A DNA stretch of 64,000 bases from Tubulanus polymorphus (lineage: Eukaryota; Animalia; Nemertea): assembly GCF_964204645.1 (NCBI RefSeq), contig NC_134033.1, positions 8,626,655-8,690,654 of the forward strand. Direction: 5' to 3'. Below the pieces are notes generated by a model. That model saw only the letters and a program-made list of their open reading frames with translations, was not told the origin of the DNA and made no database searches. Made by a program: the position numbers and the translations under genes. Positions within the stretch are counted from its first letter, which is position 1. The number at the start of each line of letters is the position of its first letter. This document shows, in pieces, positions 22,101 through 34,800 of this stretch.

Positions 22101-24021
22101 TCATTTGACAGATCGCGAAGCCACCTAGGGGCGCTAAAACAAATGAACAGAAATAGAAAAACAAAACATTGACAACAGCGTCAGTCCTAGCAACATGACA
22201 GCTCAACATCGACAAAACATTAAAAACGATATAAACAGAAACGTTAAAAATATCACCAGTTACAACTACCTCATCAACAAAATATATGAACAATACAAAA
22301 ACATCAACGGCAACAACGACGAAAACAAAATAAACAACACCGATAACATTTTAACATTTCAGCGCAGGCATTTAGCATTTTAAAATGTTTCTTGCATCAA
22401 AACGATAATTTGCTTTACCTGACAGCCAGTGTCTCCAATAGCTCAGGGTTCCGTTCCAATTTCTCGCGTAGCTCTTCGTAACTGAAACCGATACATCAAT
22501 CATACTCTTGCATTCCTATCAGTGTGCGTGTAAAGCAAATCTGGCGCCCCCGATTTGCTTTACACGCTGCCAGTTCCGAGCAACTGAACAATGATTTGCA
22601 TGGTTATGAGGTTGCTTGACTGGAAAACCATTATCGCTGCTTTGTAGCTATATTTTATTTTTTGATATATTCATGACGACAAAACAAGTTTAGTTTGGAA
22701 GGTTTTTTAACAAAATACGTTGAAACACCACAAGGAAAGAAATACCTGATCATGTTGTTTTTGTCGTCAGTTTTCGTGCGGTATAACGCGCCGGTTAATG
22801 CTTCCAGATCGCTTTCTTCTACATGTATCGATGAACCTAACAGACAGCTTCTCAAAGTAAGCTTCAATTCATCATGTTCGATCATATCGCATTCTTTTAT
22901 CGTTGTAATGAAATTAGAACATAAAGAAAAAAAATCGAACAAACAATCTAGTGCGACCGTCACAGTTGCCGTGTTATTGTAAACAAGGCCATTTGAGGCG
23001 ATTTTATGAACCAATTCGATTGACATGATTTAGGGCGTTTTTAAGAAAGTCGGGCGTACATCGTGCAAAAGTCACGTGTATGTTTTCCTATCAATGTTAT
23101 TTCATAATGCCGTATATTTCGACTTTAGTGTTACAAATTCTAATTGCACATTTCTCCTAAATAGGAATCTAGTGAGTGGCCCTACGATAATATAACCCAC
23201 GACCTGGGATTGTGAGATAATGAAGTTCATACCTCGGCATTCTGTAACTATCACGTACCTTTAACATGTCCGATGTCGTAACAGTTTGCTCCAATTTTGA
23301 AATGAACCTCGCTTGTCGTAGCCGACCTCGCAGACATGATAGACCGCGTCGAAACTGGTGACGACGCACTCGGTACGATCGGTCTCTCGTCATAATGCTT
23401 GACCGGGCCGGAGCCCGATAACGCCTTCCTCTGTTTACCCGGTAACGGAGAGGGTGGGTCTAGTGTTTCGGTCGATTGCGGCACGAACGTTCGGCCGGTA
23501 AGGGACATGGAAAATTTTTTCACCGATGCAACTGCAGGTGATTTCGGTGTCGCTTTGTCCGATTTAGCGTGCCGTTGCTCTTTCCTCCCGTCCTGTTTCA
23601 TGGAATTTCCTCGTACGAAAGATGGCGCCACGCGCTGCGAGGCTGCCCTAGTTCTGGCCGGCGAATGACCCGATTCACTCAGAGCTGTTACAAATGCATC
23701 AGCCTCTTTACTGATTTCCACATCGACTCTGAAATCATCATCTGACGATAGATTACCAGCGGGGCCGCTTGGTGGCGTTCTTAACTGATGGGAATCGCGT
23801 GGCGTTTCATTGATGCTAGTTGCATGCCCTGAAAACCCGATCATTCTGCTGCTCCCTGGCGCACGCAGCATTGTAGTTGCCGATTCGAGAGGATCTATTG
23901 GCAAACTGATGTCACCTCTTCTTACAGGTGGTGAGCCGGGAATTCCGTCAATGTCAGTATCCGAAGATGCGTCCATATTATCTATTTCACCCTTGATATA
24001 CAATAACGGCAAGGATTTCAT
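7195..24021 (-). CDS. NOX5: NADPH oxidase 5-like protein (~909-924 aa), 14 coding exons: 24021-23259, 22893-22746, 22481-22419, 22133-21916, 21300-21112, 20549-20374, 19679-19473, 17269-17137, 16969-16862, 14444-14305, 13984-13772, 9702-9588, 8194-8025, 7326-7195
   Basis: All junctions are GT-AG and phase-consistent (2775 nt). Heme His motifs FHRVVG..IIHTGAH and FWTH..VLHAP. FAD motif EWHAFTISS and HIRSQGPWT. NADPH motifs IDGPY, GIGVTPY, VDFIWINRDQHCFEWF, GRPHW. NOX5-type CPNCEHSW and MKAIGLQMALD. Ends in ENF. The first exon and start codon are the least certain parts. Confidence 0.9.
8655..9559. mobile_element. Non-autonomous TIR element with ACGAAA-rich subterminal repeats and an internal tRNA-like segment (copy 1)
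   Basis: Ends are GGGTACTTCTAAAGTA and TACTTAGGGGACCC. It is colinear with 15886-16775 over most of its length. Confidence 0.7.
10156..11430 (-). pseudogene. Decayed hAT transposase (ZMYM1/THAP12-like group) in a NOX intron
   Basis: Fragments EQMPLCVRFI...IREEFLDF, RGQVYD, YIHCASHSLNL, FFRNSPRRT, CKKRW and PYIDHVIDELDSQFS lie in several frames with stops. Confidence 0.85.
11963..12285. mobile_element. hAT-like MITE with a 6-bp TSD
   Basis: 14-bp TIR CATGGTTCCCACAG / CTGTGGGAACCATG, flanked by TGTGGA on both sides (11957-11962 and 12286-12291). Subterminal ATTCCC/TTTCC repeats. Confidence 0.8.
12472..13291. mobile_element. Long-TIR non-autonomous element (Kolobok-like right end)
   Basis: Imperfect inverted repeats of ~220 bp (GACAAATTCAAGTTCT... 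and ...AGAACTTGAATTTGTC). The right end reads GCCCTCACC|TTAA; the left tip is degraded. Confidence 0.6.
15886..16775. mobile_element. Copy 2 of the 8655-9559 TIR element
   Basis: Shares GGGTACTTCTAAAGTA, GCTGGCTTAAACATACGCACCCGGTCTA, CAGGGTTCCGCGCCGTGGCCGAG and CAGTCCCGTGGCGTTATA. Confidence 0.75.
18784..19185. repeat. AT-rich ~400-bp fold-back palindrome with a ~52-bp duplication in the right arm
   Basis: The arms GTATTAGGA...GAACCCTATCGTCGTTGAATTATGGTTGAACCCG and CGGGTTCAACCATAATTCAACGACGATAGGGTTC...TCCTAATAC pair with almost no loop (centre ~18957). Confidence 0.9.
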
Positions 24022-25460
24022 TAATATCCATCTTGCGGTGCCCGTATATAGTCTCAGATTTCAATCTCACGCGAGTTAAAACGGGCTTAATAGATTGCGT
24101 CGCAAGTGTCGATATAGGCGTATGCACAAGCGCACTTTCTTTTTGAAAGTAATTTGTTGAAGAGCGCGACTGTCGACCGCCTGCTGTTTCAGAACGCGAA
24201 GCCTTGTAACACACGATGAAAAACCACTTTGTGCTGCAATTTTCACGCTCGACATGAGGTAAAAAAATAGACGAAAATAGTAAGAATTATAATCGAGAAA
24301 AATTAGCGGAATTGTAGAAAACCGGTTTGGTTTCGACACCATGGTACATAAATTCAACGCAGTTATAAAATAATAAGTCGATCATCGGTTGGTGGATCGA
24401 GGTAGGGGTTACAAGATTCATTGGGGGCAATATGAAAGGGGATTGTAAAAACGAATTCAGCTCTCCTGGGAGTAGGTTATCGGAAAAATCATCTATTTAG
24501 AGACATTTTGATTTTCGAGTTGTGTTCATTATATCAAGTGAATATCTATACCACTCGAATATCATTCAATTTTCGCACTTCCCATCGGGGATTTTTTAAT
24601 GATCAGTAGATCACAAACCGAGGCGACTTCAGCCGAGCTTAGACCCCGCGGGAATCAATGGCTCGGTTTTCTCGAAAATACAAAGTAGGCTGTCACAAAC
24701 CCGCAATTTGAATCGTTCGACGAAACCTTCTATTCCAACGCTGAAATCCAAAGTTGGGGCCCCTTAGTTTTTAAGTTTGTCGATTGTAACCTTTTCATAA
24801 ACTTTTGTTTTCCCAAAGGGAGGGAGGACATGATCAAATGATACATACAATTGTAAAATGTATATGCGTAATTCCGACGTGTAGCGTGGGGGTGGGGTCC
24901 TGGGATTAGGACGAACACCTCGATTTTGCGTAAAATGTTTAGTCTCAATGTCTCAATGTTTAATTAAAAATTAAACATCACGTTACATAATTCATATCAA
25001 ATGTTTATCAAATTTGATGATTTGACTATAACATCCCCACATCAACCAGTATAGCTCAAACGCCATATGAGAAACATATTTTCAAGATATTCTAGCCCTA
25101 TACAGTTCTAAACAAGTGCAAAAAGATATAAAACATATCATTACACTCCGACCTCGGTTCCAATTGATCTCTCAAAACGAAGATAATCCTCCCTCAATAT
25201 ATACTTTAAGCCAATACATATCCGATATACGGCATTATAGTGCAACGTGAAGAGTTATTTTTTGAGTAAATCGGAGAATTGGTGCGCAAGCTGAAATATA
25301 AAAGCGTAGTAATGTTTTACTAAGAAGTTCCATAAAAATAGATCCTTGATTTGGGTTCCATATCCTACAGCTGATGGCACGCGACACTTGATATATAAAG
25401 TTGATGACTCTACAGGATAGTTGGCAGGCACCCGACACACTACGTGTACTTACCATCTTG

Positions 25461-25461
<1 letters not shown>

Positions 25462-25499
<38 letters not shown>

Positions 25500-25588
25500 T
25501 GTGAGTGTGAGTGTGAGTGTGAGTGTGAGTGTGAGTGTGAGTGTGTGTGGGTGTGTGGGTGTGTGGGTGTGTGGGTGTGTGGGTGTGT
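25462..25588. repeat. Compound microsatellite (GT)n-(GAGTGT)n-(GGGTGTGT)n
   Basis: Read directly from the sequence. Confidence 0.98.
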
Positions 25589-26038
25589 CAAATATTTATT
25601 GGATAAAGTTAAATGATTTCAATATCTAAGAGTCTAATATTTTGAAAATAATAGAAAAAGAAATTAATTTCAATCAAATAATTGTAGATAACTATTAAAT
25701 TGGATGTTTCACATATTCAAAAGTTAAAATCGATTAGAAATAATTGAAAAAATAATTCAATTCAATCAAATAATTATTAAATACGGTTAATTATCTGAAT
25801 ATCTAAAAGTTTAATATTTTTAAAATAATTGAAATTCTTGAATAATTAAATTCATTTCAAATCATATGATTTTTTAATCAATTGTTTAATATATTCAAAA
25901 CGTTTATATCTATTAAAGATAATTGAAAAATTTGTTAAAATAAAGAAATAATTGAATTAAGTTAAATCTTTTGAATAATTTAAAACTAAATATCCAATGA
26001 AAGTAATTGAGAAAAATTTATTATTTTTTCTTGAATAA

Positions 26039-26459
26039 ATGAATGATTTCATACCAACCGGAAAAAGTGATTTAAAACGTTATCCAATCGCAGAAGGTTT
26101 AATTTTAACTGCATTATACTTTTATTATGAGAATATTAGAAAAGATTTGATAAATGAAGATATCGAATTAAGTTTAAAAACGGAAATAACCATAAAAACG
26201 GAAATACTCATAAGAAAGTTGCCGAATCAGATTAACTTATGAATAAATCAAATAAATTGTTTTTATTTAAATGAGTGAAAATATACTAAATTTATTAAAT
26301 CTTGTTTACAGAAATCAAGAGAAAATGAAATTAATTATAATAATTTCAGGATTATTTTCTTTTTCAGTTTACAGTTTATATTTCAGTTATTATTTTTCTA
26401 ATATCATCGATAATGAATTCTTTATCTTAATCATAAAATCTTTAAGACTCTTTAATTAA
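26039..26459 (+). pseudogene. Two small element genes (MNDFIPTGKSDLK... and MSENILNLLNLVY...), truncated or frameshifted
   Basis: Clear homology to 1685-1903 and 1942-2050, in the same order. Confidence 0.7.
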
Positions 26460-26657
26460 ATCAGTAATCTTTTCTACATTAAAAGTTTCTTTATTTATTG
26501 TTGTTTCATATTTAAATGTTGTTTCATTAAAAATGGAATATTTTTAATATGAGTTAATAAATCATTAATATCAAATTTCATTTCTTTCCCACGTTTAAAA
26601 TCAAATCCAAAACATATACTCGGTCCTACTGTTATATTCATTTATATAGTGAACAAA

Positions 26658-27408
26658 TTATTCTTTACATAATTCATAAATTACAGGAAAGTTATTTAAA
26701 TCAATTAAGTATCCATTATGATTTCTCACTTCTTATTTGAAATTATCAAATTGTGAAATACAAGGCTTAAAATCGCACTCAGCTAAATTATAATTTATTT
26801 GTGTTCCACATTGTTTAACATTTTTTAATGGTAGAATATTTAATATACTAGAATTACAAACTGTATCTTTAGTTGCTTCAAATGTTTTGTAGGATTAATT
26901 AAATTGCAATATATATAAAAGTGTGTAAAAGGCATTATATTTGGTGTAGTATCAACATTTGTATGAACTTTATTTTGATTAACTCCTGGCATTTTAGCTA
27001 ATGGTTTTTTTACTATAAATTTATATTGTTCATTAGTTAACTTTATTCTCATTTTATTAGAACTATCAATTTTAATAAATTTAATGTTAAACCCAACAGA
27101 TTTTGCCCACTTTTAACCGAGCTCTTCTATTAATTTCTTGAGATAATGTTTCTAAATTATATAATCCTAAGAAGTCTTAGAAATAGATGATACCATTTAT
27201 TCATATTTCTATCATGAATCATAAACAATCTATGATCAAAACTTTTAGCTGATATATTATAAAAAGAATTACATAAACTTACATTTAGTAATTTTAAATC
27301 TACACAATTTTTAAATTCCCTATCTAATTGTACTAGTAAATTATGTGATTTATAATTTGTAAGTCTTCTAGAATCAACAAATATTCTTTATTCCTTTAAT
27401 TCTGCCAT
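26658..27408 (-). pseudogene. Minor capsid protein (penton, single jelly-roll) of Polinton/PLV type
   Basis: Manual translation across stops and frameshifts: MAELKE*RIFVDSRR...HNLLVQLDREFKNCVDLKLLNVSLCNSFYNI...GLYNLETLSQEIN...TPNIMPFTHFYIYCNLINP...SILNILPL...GTQINY...FKPCISQFDNF.*EVRNHNGYLIDLNNFPVIYEL*. All the usual penton blocks appear in order over ~250 codons. Confidence 0.8.
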
Positions 27409-27425
27409 TTATTTTACATATTTTC

Positions 27426-27700
27426 TTATTCGAAATCTATATTATCGTTTTCAATCTTAACCTTATATATGAAATAGAAATCACCAGAACATAATTCTTC
27501 TAGATCTCCACTAGATAATCTTTGAAATCTATCTGGTAAATATGTTCTGAATTTATATTTATTTCCTTTTAATCCTTCATATTCTAAGCGAATAACTAAT
27601 TTTTTACCATAATTATTAGTAACTGTTTCAATATTAGTAATTAAATATTTTTAATGAATTGTTAGTTCAAGTTAGTTTAACTTCTTAAATTTATAATCTA
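27426..27700 (-). pseudogene. Small element protein immediately upstream of the penton, function unknown
   Basis: KYLITNIETVTNNYGKKLVIRLEYEGLKGNKYKFRTYLPDRFQRLSSGDLEELCSGDFYFIYKVKIENDNIDFE*. Beta-rich; the 5' part is disrupted. Confidence 0.5.
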
Positions 27701-28850
27701 CTGATTTAGCATTTTGTAGTATCTTTAATTCTATTTAAGAATGATTTGTTGTTCTCACTGTGTACTTGTTTACTCTCCACTTTAATAACATATTTTTTAT
27801 TAAAATTGATTTTAGAAGTTATTCATTTATATATGTTATTCATTTATATGTAATTCATTTATATGAATATCATTAGAGTAATTGGGAATAAGTTGGTTCA
27901 GGTTAAAGGTTGAGAGGGTGAGTAAAAAAATAAATTCGAGCTTGCTTGTTTTCTTTGATCTGAACCAACTTATTTCCAATTACTAATGTGCCAAGCCTCG
28001 AAAATCTAAAACAACTGAAATTCTAAGTTGCAATTTATATCACTGAGTTAATTCCTGTCCTGCTTGGGTCCATGGAAAGCCGGTGTTGTAAGTTTTAATG
28101 TATGAATTCTTTGAAATACTGAACAACAGGCCGGTTGCGTGGGAAAAAACGACAGCCTACCCTCGTAAATGTTTTTTAAGTTCCACCCCGGCCATTTGTA
28201 TTTATCTTGATTAACTGAATTGATCAGAAACGTCAACATTACAAGGTAAGATTTCAAGTTCATCCTCAGTCGTTGCAGGCTGTATGCAGCCTACAATATT
28301 ATTCGTTGGTCAAAACGGGATTGACCCTGTCATATATTCAATTGGTATGGATTTCGTTCGATTTTTGTTTTAATTTGGTGTCCCTTGATAACCCACCACA
28401 TCTACCGGAAGCGAAACAGGAGTTTTGATTTTGAAATCATAAATCGAAGTACAGATATAGTTGTGTGATCGGCGGTCGAATTTACAGGCAACACAACATC
28501 TGGCAGTAGCCCTACAGGTCTGCTAGAATGGTATTTGGAAAAGATTTTTAATATCCAGTAGAAACTGTAAAGCATAAAAGGCCGGCCTAATGGAAATATG
28601 TCAAATTTCACACTTTCTATGGAAAAATAGAATGCTATCTGCCGGGTAACTTTAGGGCATACAGTTATCCTTGAAGGTACAAACTAATTCTTGTCGAATT
28701 ATAAATAACAAAGACTGATACCTAGGATTTTCATCGAAGTAAAACACACAAACGTATAATCTTTTATTGATGCAGGATGGTATATTCGTAATACGACTAC
28801 TCGATATATTTTGAAGCACATACACGTAAGTTTGAGGTTTGCCCCATACG

Positions 28851-31800
28851 TTATACTACTATCGTATTAACATATGTGGCTTTTCTCCAGTACATGTCAT
28901 ATAATTCAGATGGTATTACTCGACCAGTAAGAATCGCTTCACCTGTGAATTCGTCAAGTATCCGACACGGAATGCCAGTCGGTCCCACCACGATCGCGTC
29001 ACACGTGCGCGATTTGAGACAACGGTCCATACACTGCTCTAAAGTGAGTGATAAGTTAGAACCCACTGAATTATCCTTTGGTTCGACATTCGGGGTGCGT
29101 AAGAACTCTGAGATTCCGGCTGTAACGTATAAATAAAAGAATTTATCTTAGTTTAGATAGAGAATAGGATCCAATTAGAACCAGCATCCAAAGATTTTAT
29201 ATACGTGTACAATACTTTATGGTCGAGAGTGGCAAGACTAACATTAGCCTTGAACGCTCGGGTGGGTACGGCCCTTTTGTTCTACTTTTCTCTTTTAGTT
29301 CTAGTTTGAAAGATTCTTATGAATGAATTCACGATAGCTAGATTAAACCTTTAGCCCAGATAAATGTTCGAACTTCGGTAAAAGAAAGTCCAAAAGTTGT
29401 TTTTTTATGGCCACTGGTTGATTTACTTTGCAAGCTATATTCATTTTCACTAAAGCAATTATTTTCATCTTGTTGTTCCATTTGAACTTACCAAAATGAT
29501 CACGGATGAAATCTACGGTATCTTCTACAAAGAAAGTATGTATTACTTTGTTTACAGATGTGTTTACTTAGTCGATTCATATAAATGTAAGGCGAATTGG
29601 CCTCATGTTACATCCAAGCTTCTTACTCATATCGTTTATTATAACATTCGATTGTGGTTCCCTTTTGAGATATATCCAGCATAAAAAAACAAAGAATGAC
29701 GGTATGTGTTATATAACGGTCGTCATACTTAAATACAACCACCCACATGGCCACTTGGCTATGCAACAATGCAGACCATGGCCCCGGAAAAAAAATAAAG
29801 TTGGAGTCAGTTCGCCAGTTTTAAACCATTCATCGGCATCTTGAGTGTGTTAAATAAGAGAGAAATCGAGAAGCCAAGAAGTGGGTGCGGTTTTTAGATA
29901 TCGTACTGCGATCGGGCTTTTCAGAGGTTTTTGACCACCAAAATCAGCACCCCTTTTCCACATAGTAAATCTGAGTGAACCCAGGGGTCGCAACTAACCG
30001 AGATCTTTGACTTTAGTGAACATATCTTTCTCGTTTGTCTTGACGATAAGCGATTCACTGAAATCACTGGTTACCCCATTAAACAACATCTGCAATATAC
30101 AGAATAATGAATAAATCAACGGGCTCGATAAGCGTACTAAAAGCGTAAACTCGATTACCAAAGGCTGCCTCAAGAAACGACCAAAGCCCAAACTAGCGTC
30201 TTTCCTCTCTCCCTCCCCCCTCTCTTCCATTCCAGTAACGTATGATACAAATACAGAAATGGCAATCGAAAGAACTAGAATTTCAAAAGGACCAAACTTT
30301 CCACTCGAATACGCTAAGTCTTACAATACAAGTGGTTCGATGTATCACTTACCCGAACATAAATGAGATATGTTTTATCCAGTCCTAATCCAGTTATTTT
30401 CGCCCATGGATTCGCTGTTGTTATACAATTCCTGCTGCTAGGTGAAATTTGCGGACGATAGCAAGCCGTGTACTCGACTCGCATATTCTTATATGACGGC
30501 AACGGTGTCCAAACAATGTTGACAGTTGATTCGCCGATGGATGTGGCACGTGGTTTCGCAGGTGCTACTGGACCCGTCTGTACCTCTAACGTAACGGACG
30601 GAAGACTCTCTGGTATTATTGTCGCATCGCCATTGGTTATTTCGGCAAATATCGCCTTCACGTGGAAATTGTAACTTGTACTTGGCAACAAATCACCAAT
30701 AGCAGCTGAAGTTTCCGTCGTTCTTATGTTTACCGATAACTTGCCGCCTGTAGAAAAGGGAATTATTTCGTGTTGTTTTTAGAGCTACAACATTCAAACT
30801 AGAGGCGTAACGAATTCAATTCGTGATATAGAGACTTGAATATATAGTCGATTTAGTAGTTAGACCAGAATACAATATTTTGAAAACACCTGGTTTAATA
30901 ATGGTCTTCAACCAATCATTGGGACAATCTTATATGAGAAAGGCGTCGGACCGCGACCGCTGTTATTTCAATAAAAAGCCAAAGAGATCTCTACGTCACC
31001 GAATGTGTTGGGCCATATCAGATGAACCCCAGTTTAATTTTACGGATGCTAATCGGTTGATTCGATCTCATTAACTCGAGCTGTGGCTCAAACCAAATCA
31101 TGTTTTTTTGCCTACGCATTGCCTATCGACATGTTATATGACATGGTGTCGACTATATGGTTTAGTATGTACAACAGATTACATTTTCCTATTGGGGAAG
31201 ATGAACAATATTTACGTTTTAATGATATTATGATAAATGTAACACAGATTAATCTATGTAACCTTTATGAAACAGGAGATGAGAATGCAATTAATACCGA
31301 ATTCCTATGTATCAAACATCCACCAATTAGATAATGTATTCCATTGTTCCTGAAACTCACTTAGAAAACTTGTTTTATAGAACAGTGCATGCAGCAAATA
31401 CAATCTAAAGTATTATGCATGTATAACGTTGACATCGAAAGACTCGCTCGGGAGAACCTCGTACACCAGAAAGACAGAAATGCTTGGAACAGCCTATGTT
31501 GTGCGACGAAAAGCAGTTTACTGAAATACTCCCCAAGTCTCACATTTCTCATGATGGCGAAAAGCTGTCCCAGGGTAAACGATGGCCAAATGTTGTTGTC
31601 ACAATCACTCCTAACAAAACGAAACTTCGTCATTTACCTGATTCTGGTTATAAAATCAACAACATATCTCAACAACATATCTCCCTATAAAAAACTTCGT
31701 CACTTATGTTTCAGAACTATAGAAATAGCAAGGAATACGTATGCATCTATATATTTACCTGGACACGTGCTTCCGGTGATTAGGTACTGATTTATTGGTT

Positions 31801-34800
31801 TCGTAATTCCTAATGGCGCCACCCAGCGTAACATCAACCCAGTAGTTGTTATGCTAATTGCCTCTAGGTTAGTTGGTGGACCAGATGCTGAAGTGAAGAT
31901 TGGATCACTTTCTACGCTCGCTACTGACCTGCCAAGACTCGTTATGTATTTCATCTTGAGCGTATAAGCTGTGGATGGTTCGACATTAACTGTAAGCGTA
32001 TTTTCACCAGTTGTTAGACGATGCAAAGTTTCCTGAACGTCATCTGTCCCGTACTTCTTCTGCAGTATTTGGCAACTGCTGATATCCTGATTCTCAGGCC
32101 TTGTCACATTAAATGTAACACTACCGTATTCGATATGCACTGGAAGGAGTTTTGCCGGGGTTTCTGCTATCGGGTTAAAATTGACTTTTCGATCATCATG
32201 ATACGCTAGTATAGTGACGGGTTTTTCGTCGTCAGCTTCCGTTATCTTAACAAAGAATTTTTTATCATCATCCGCTGCATTTTCCTTAACGTACTCGATG
32301 AAGCGTTTAAAGCGGTTTCCCACATCCGCAATTTTGCGTGGTTCATCGAACCATCCGACCGATTTAGATTCAGTACCACTAAGGTACTCATCAAGTACAT
32401 CTGCAGACTGTAGTAAGTTCAAATGGAACTCTGTCACTACAGCTGTACCAACAACATCGAAGGCAGATCCATAATCATACAAAGTAATAGTACCAGCACT
32501 TATTTCATTTTGAATAAAGTCAAAAATCACTTGAACTGCCATTATTTCTCGTTTTCGTTTTCCAACAAATGCCGCAAGTTTGACTGGATCAAACTGTGAT
32601 CGTCTGATCATTGTCAGAACATTATTTATGCGTCTGTAGCTTCCATTGGTTCGGGCCTGTCTGAGCGCCCCAGTTAATCTCTCTTTTATGCGAGATTTAA
32701 ACGTAACCAATTTATCTTTCAAATTACTTAATACTGTCCGAATCTGGCTCAGATTCCTAACTGAGTCCCTCTCATACAGGTTATTTATTTCGTCATGACA
32801 CTGGTCGAGCTCAATCAATACATTAGTAACCTTTGTTGTCATTTGTTCAGATATTTCATACAGTGCGACGGTTTTGGCAGTGCAATACCTGTCCTTAGGC
32901 GTCAAATGCATACGAATTGGTATCGATGTGGCATAATTAGGAGCTTCACCAAGAGTAGAAGCCAGATTACTATATGTCTTTATAGCGTCCTCATACGTGC
33001 TAGGGGGCTTTCTCACCGAAGCGTCTCCGTACAAATCGATATTTACAGTTTCAGCAAACTTTCTCGTCTTTTCATCTATGTCTGCGTTAGCATTCCCAGA
33101 AATTTCAACAGATGGAATTGATTTTACCAGAGCTTGCAATTGTCCCTTTACATGCTGTCGTCGTTCGCTATTGCTCACCTTTCTCCTGAATGTCATAGTA
33201 ACACCCATGCCATATTCGAGTGCACTTACGACGTGTGTTGCGGCGCTTTTACAACTCCGAACGATATCTGGCGGATGGATCGGCATCGCTTCGATTCGCG
33301 TAGTAGCGTCGTAGGCTAGGCTGTAACTTTCTTCGTTTTCTTTCGTTCTGCTTTCTCTGAGAAACGCTGCGTTCCCGGATACGGTAATGAGGCCCCCTGT
33401 AGAGAGACATGAGCAAGTATGTATATTCATTAATGATTGCCACAGAGGTTTGTTTATCGGGCTTGGATTGGATAGAATTAAATTGAATTGTAACATGAGT
33501 CCATTGGGTCCCGAGACTTCGTCAAAACAGTTTGGGGCAATATAGCTACTTATCAATTATAATTGCATCACTTTTTCATTAACCCTGAATATGATAATCA
33601 TACATGTCACCATTTTGTCATGTATAACTCAGGACTATTTGGAAATTTAAGAATTATGCTTTTTTCTGGGCTTTTCCCAAGATCTACATGAGCTAAAACA
33701 TTTCACAAGCAATTCATTTGGAGGTTCGTGCTCTATCCGACCTTTCCAGTTTCAAATTGCATATCAGTTAACACCTTGAAAGCAGAAGAATAACAGCCCC
33801 AGCAAAAATTCATCAGAGACAGGTGAAACAAATGATCGCACAACTTATTCACTTTAATGAAAATCTTTTCAAAATAATGCCATAAAACTTTCATCTGAAA
33901 ACTAAAAATTACATGAGGGACTTGTAATGACATGATATTTGCCACGAAAAACAGATTCTACTATTTATGAGTAAACAAATCAACAAAACAGTCTTTGCTG
34001 AAAGGTAACTCGTTATCACTAGCAAAGTATGAATTTGCTTCGGCATCCTCATAAGTATATATTTTTTTAAAATCACAACAGTTTGATTGCCATTAAGTTG
34101 TCGACGTACAGTAGATAGTCCGTAGACACTCAATATCATATTCAACTTTTTTTTTAAATTTGCGGTTCGAGAGAAACTTCACAAGATTCACATAACAGCC
34201 GCTCTACCATAGGATAATCTGATACCACGAAGATATGGGGAGCTGCGACACCAGTTATGTCGCTCGATGGCGTGATTTAACATTTAGACTAACTTTGTCA
34301 AAACTAGATCATTTTCCATCGACGTTAAGCTGTTTTCTTGTTTTTCCAGATTCCATGCGCATCTTAGGACCCACCGAATATATGTCAGATTCATATGTCT
34401 ACTCAGTAATTAATCATACAGTTTTCATTAATTACTGAATTATTAATGAGACAAGGTCATTCTACTTAACCTGAAATGTGGAAGAAATTGGACGCAGAGG
34501 ACCGAGTTACAACGAGCTACGAGCAATAATCACAAGATAATTGAGAATTGTGAGATAGTTGAGATAATTGCTCGTAGCTACGAGTGAAACAAGTGTGGTT
34601 GCCAAAATAGCATTGGTAGCTCTCGAATTCAGAAAAGAAATGCCTCTACTCTGGTGGAATATTGATCTAAGTATAGACGTACAGAAACTACTTTCGGTGT
34701 ATAGTGTAGATAGGGTCTGTACGCACCATTTAACATCTTTCTGGCTAAATCTGAAACAATAAAGATGTACCAATTCAGTTCCGACCGAATCAAAACACGA

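Larger units (their letters stand above)
25630..27984. mobile_element. Decayed Polinton/adintovirus-like fragment with one fold-back terminus
   Basis: Very AT-rich. Carries homologues of the small genes of 95-2472, a penton pseudogene and a terminal hairpin at 27877-27984 (AGTAATTGGGAATAAGTTGGTTCAG...CTGAACCAACTTATTTCCAATTACT). No left terminus or TSD found; the left boundary is approximate. Confidence 0.8.

Noticed and set aside
23399-24079. Plus-strand ORFs opposite coding exons (also those within 32021-33319, 48054-49303 on the minus strand, and 60553-61462)
   Set aside because: These are antisense shadows of real coding sequence with no independent motifs.
25235-25629. His/Thr- and Cys/Val-repeat ORFs
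   Set aside because: These are translations of the GT-type microsatellite.
29700-29845. Possible extra exon of toxin gene A
   Set aside because: Exons 30089-29999 and 29119-28851 already join in phase and match the paralogue's structure; no convincing donor was found.
31700-33556. The 618-aa ORF (and the 550-aa ORF at 60294-61946) as complete single-exon genes
   Set aside because: Their ends run into introns. Splice sites at 33396/31759 and 61954/60302 link them to signal-peptide and FN3/PAN exons.
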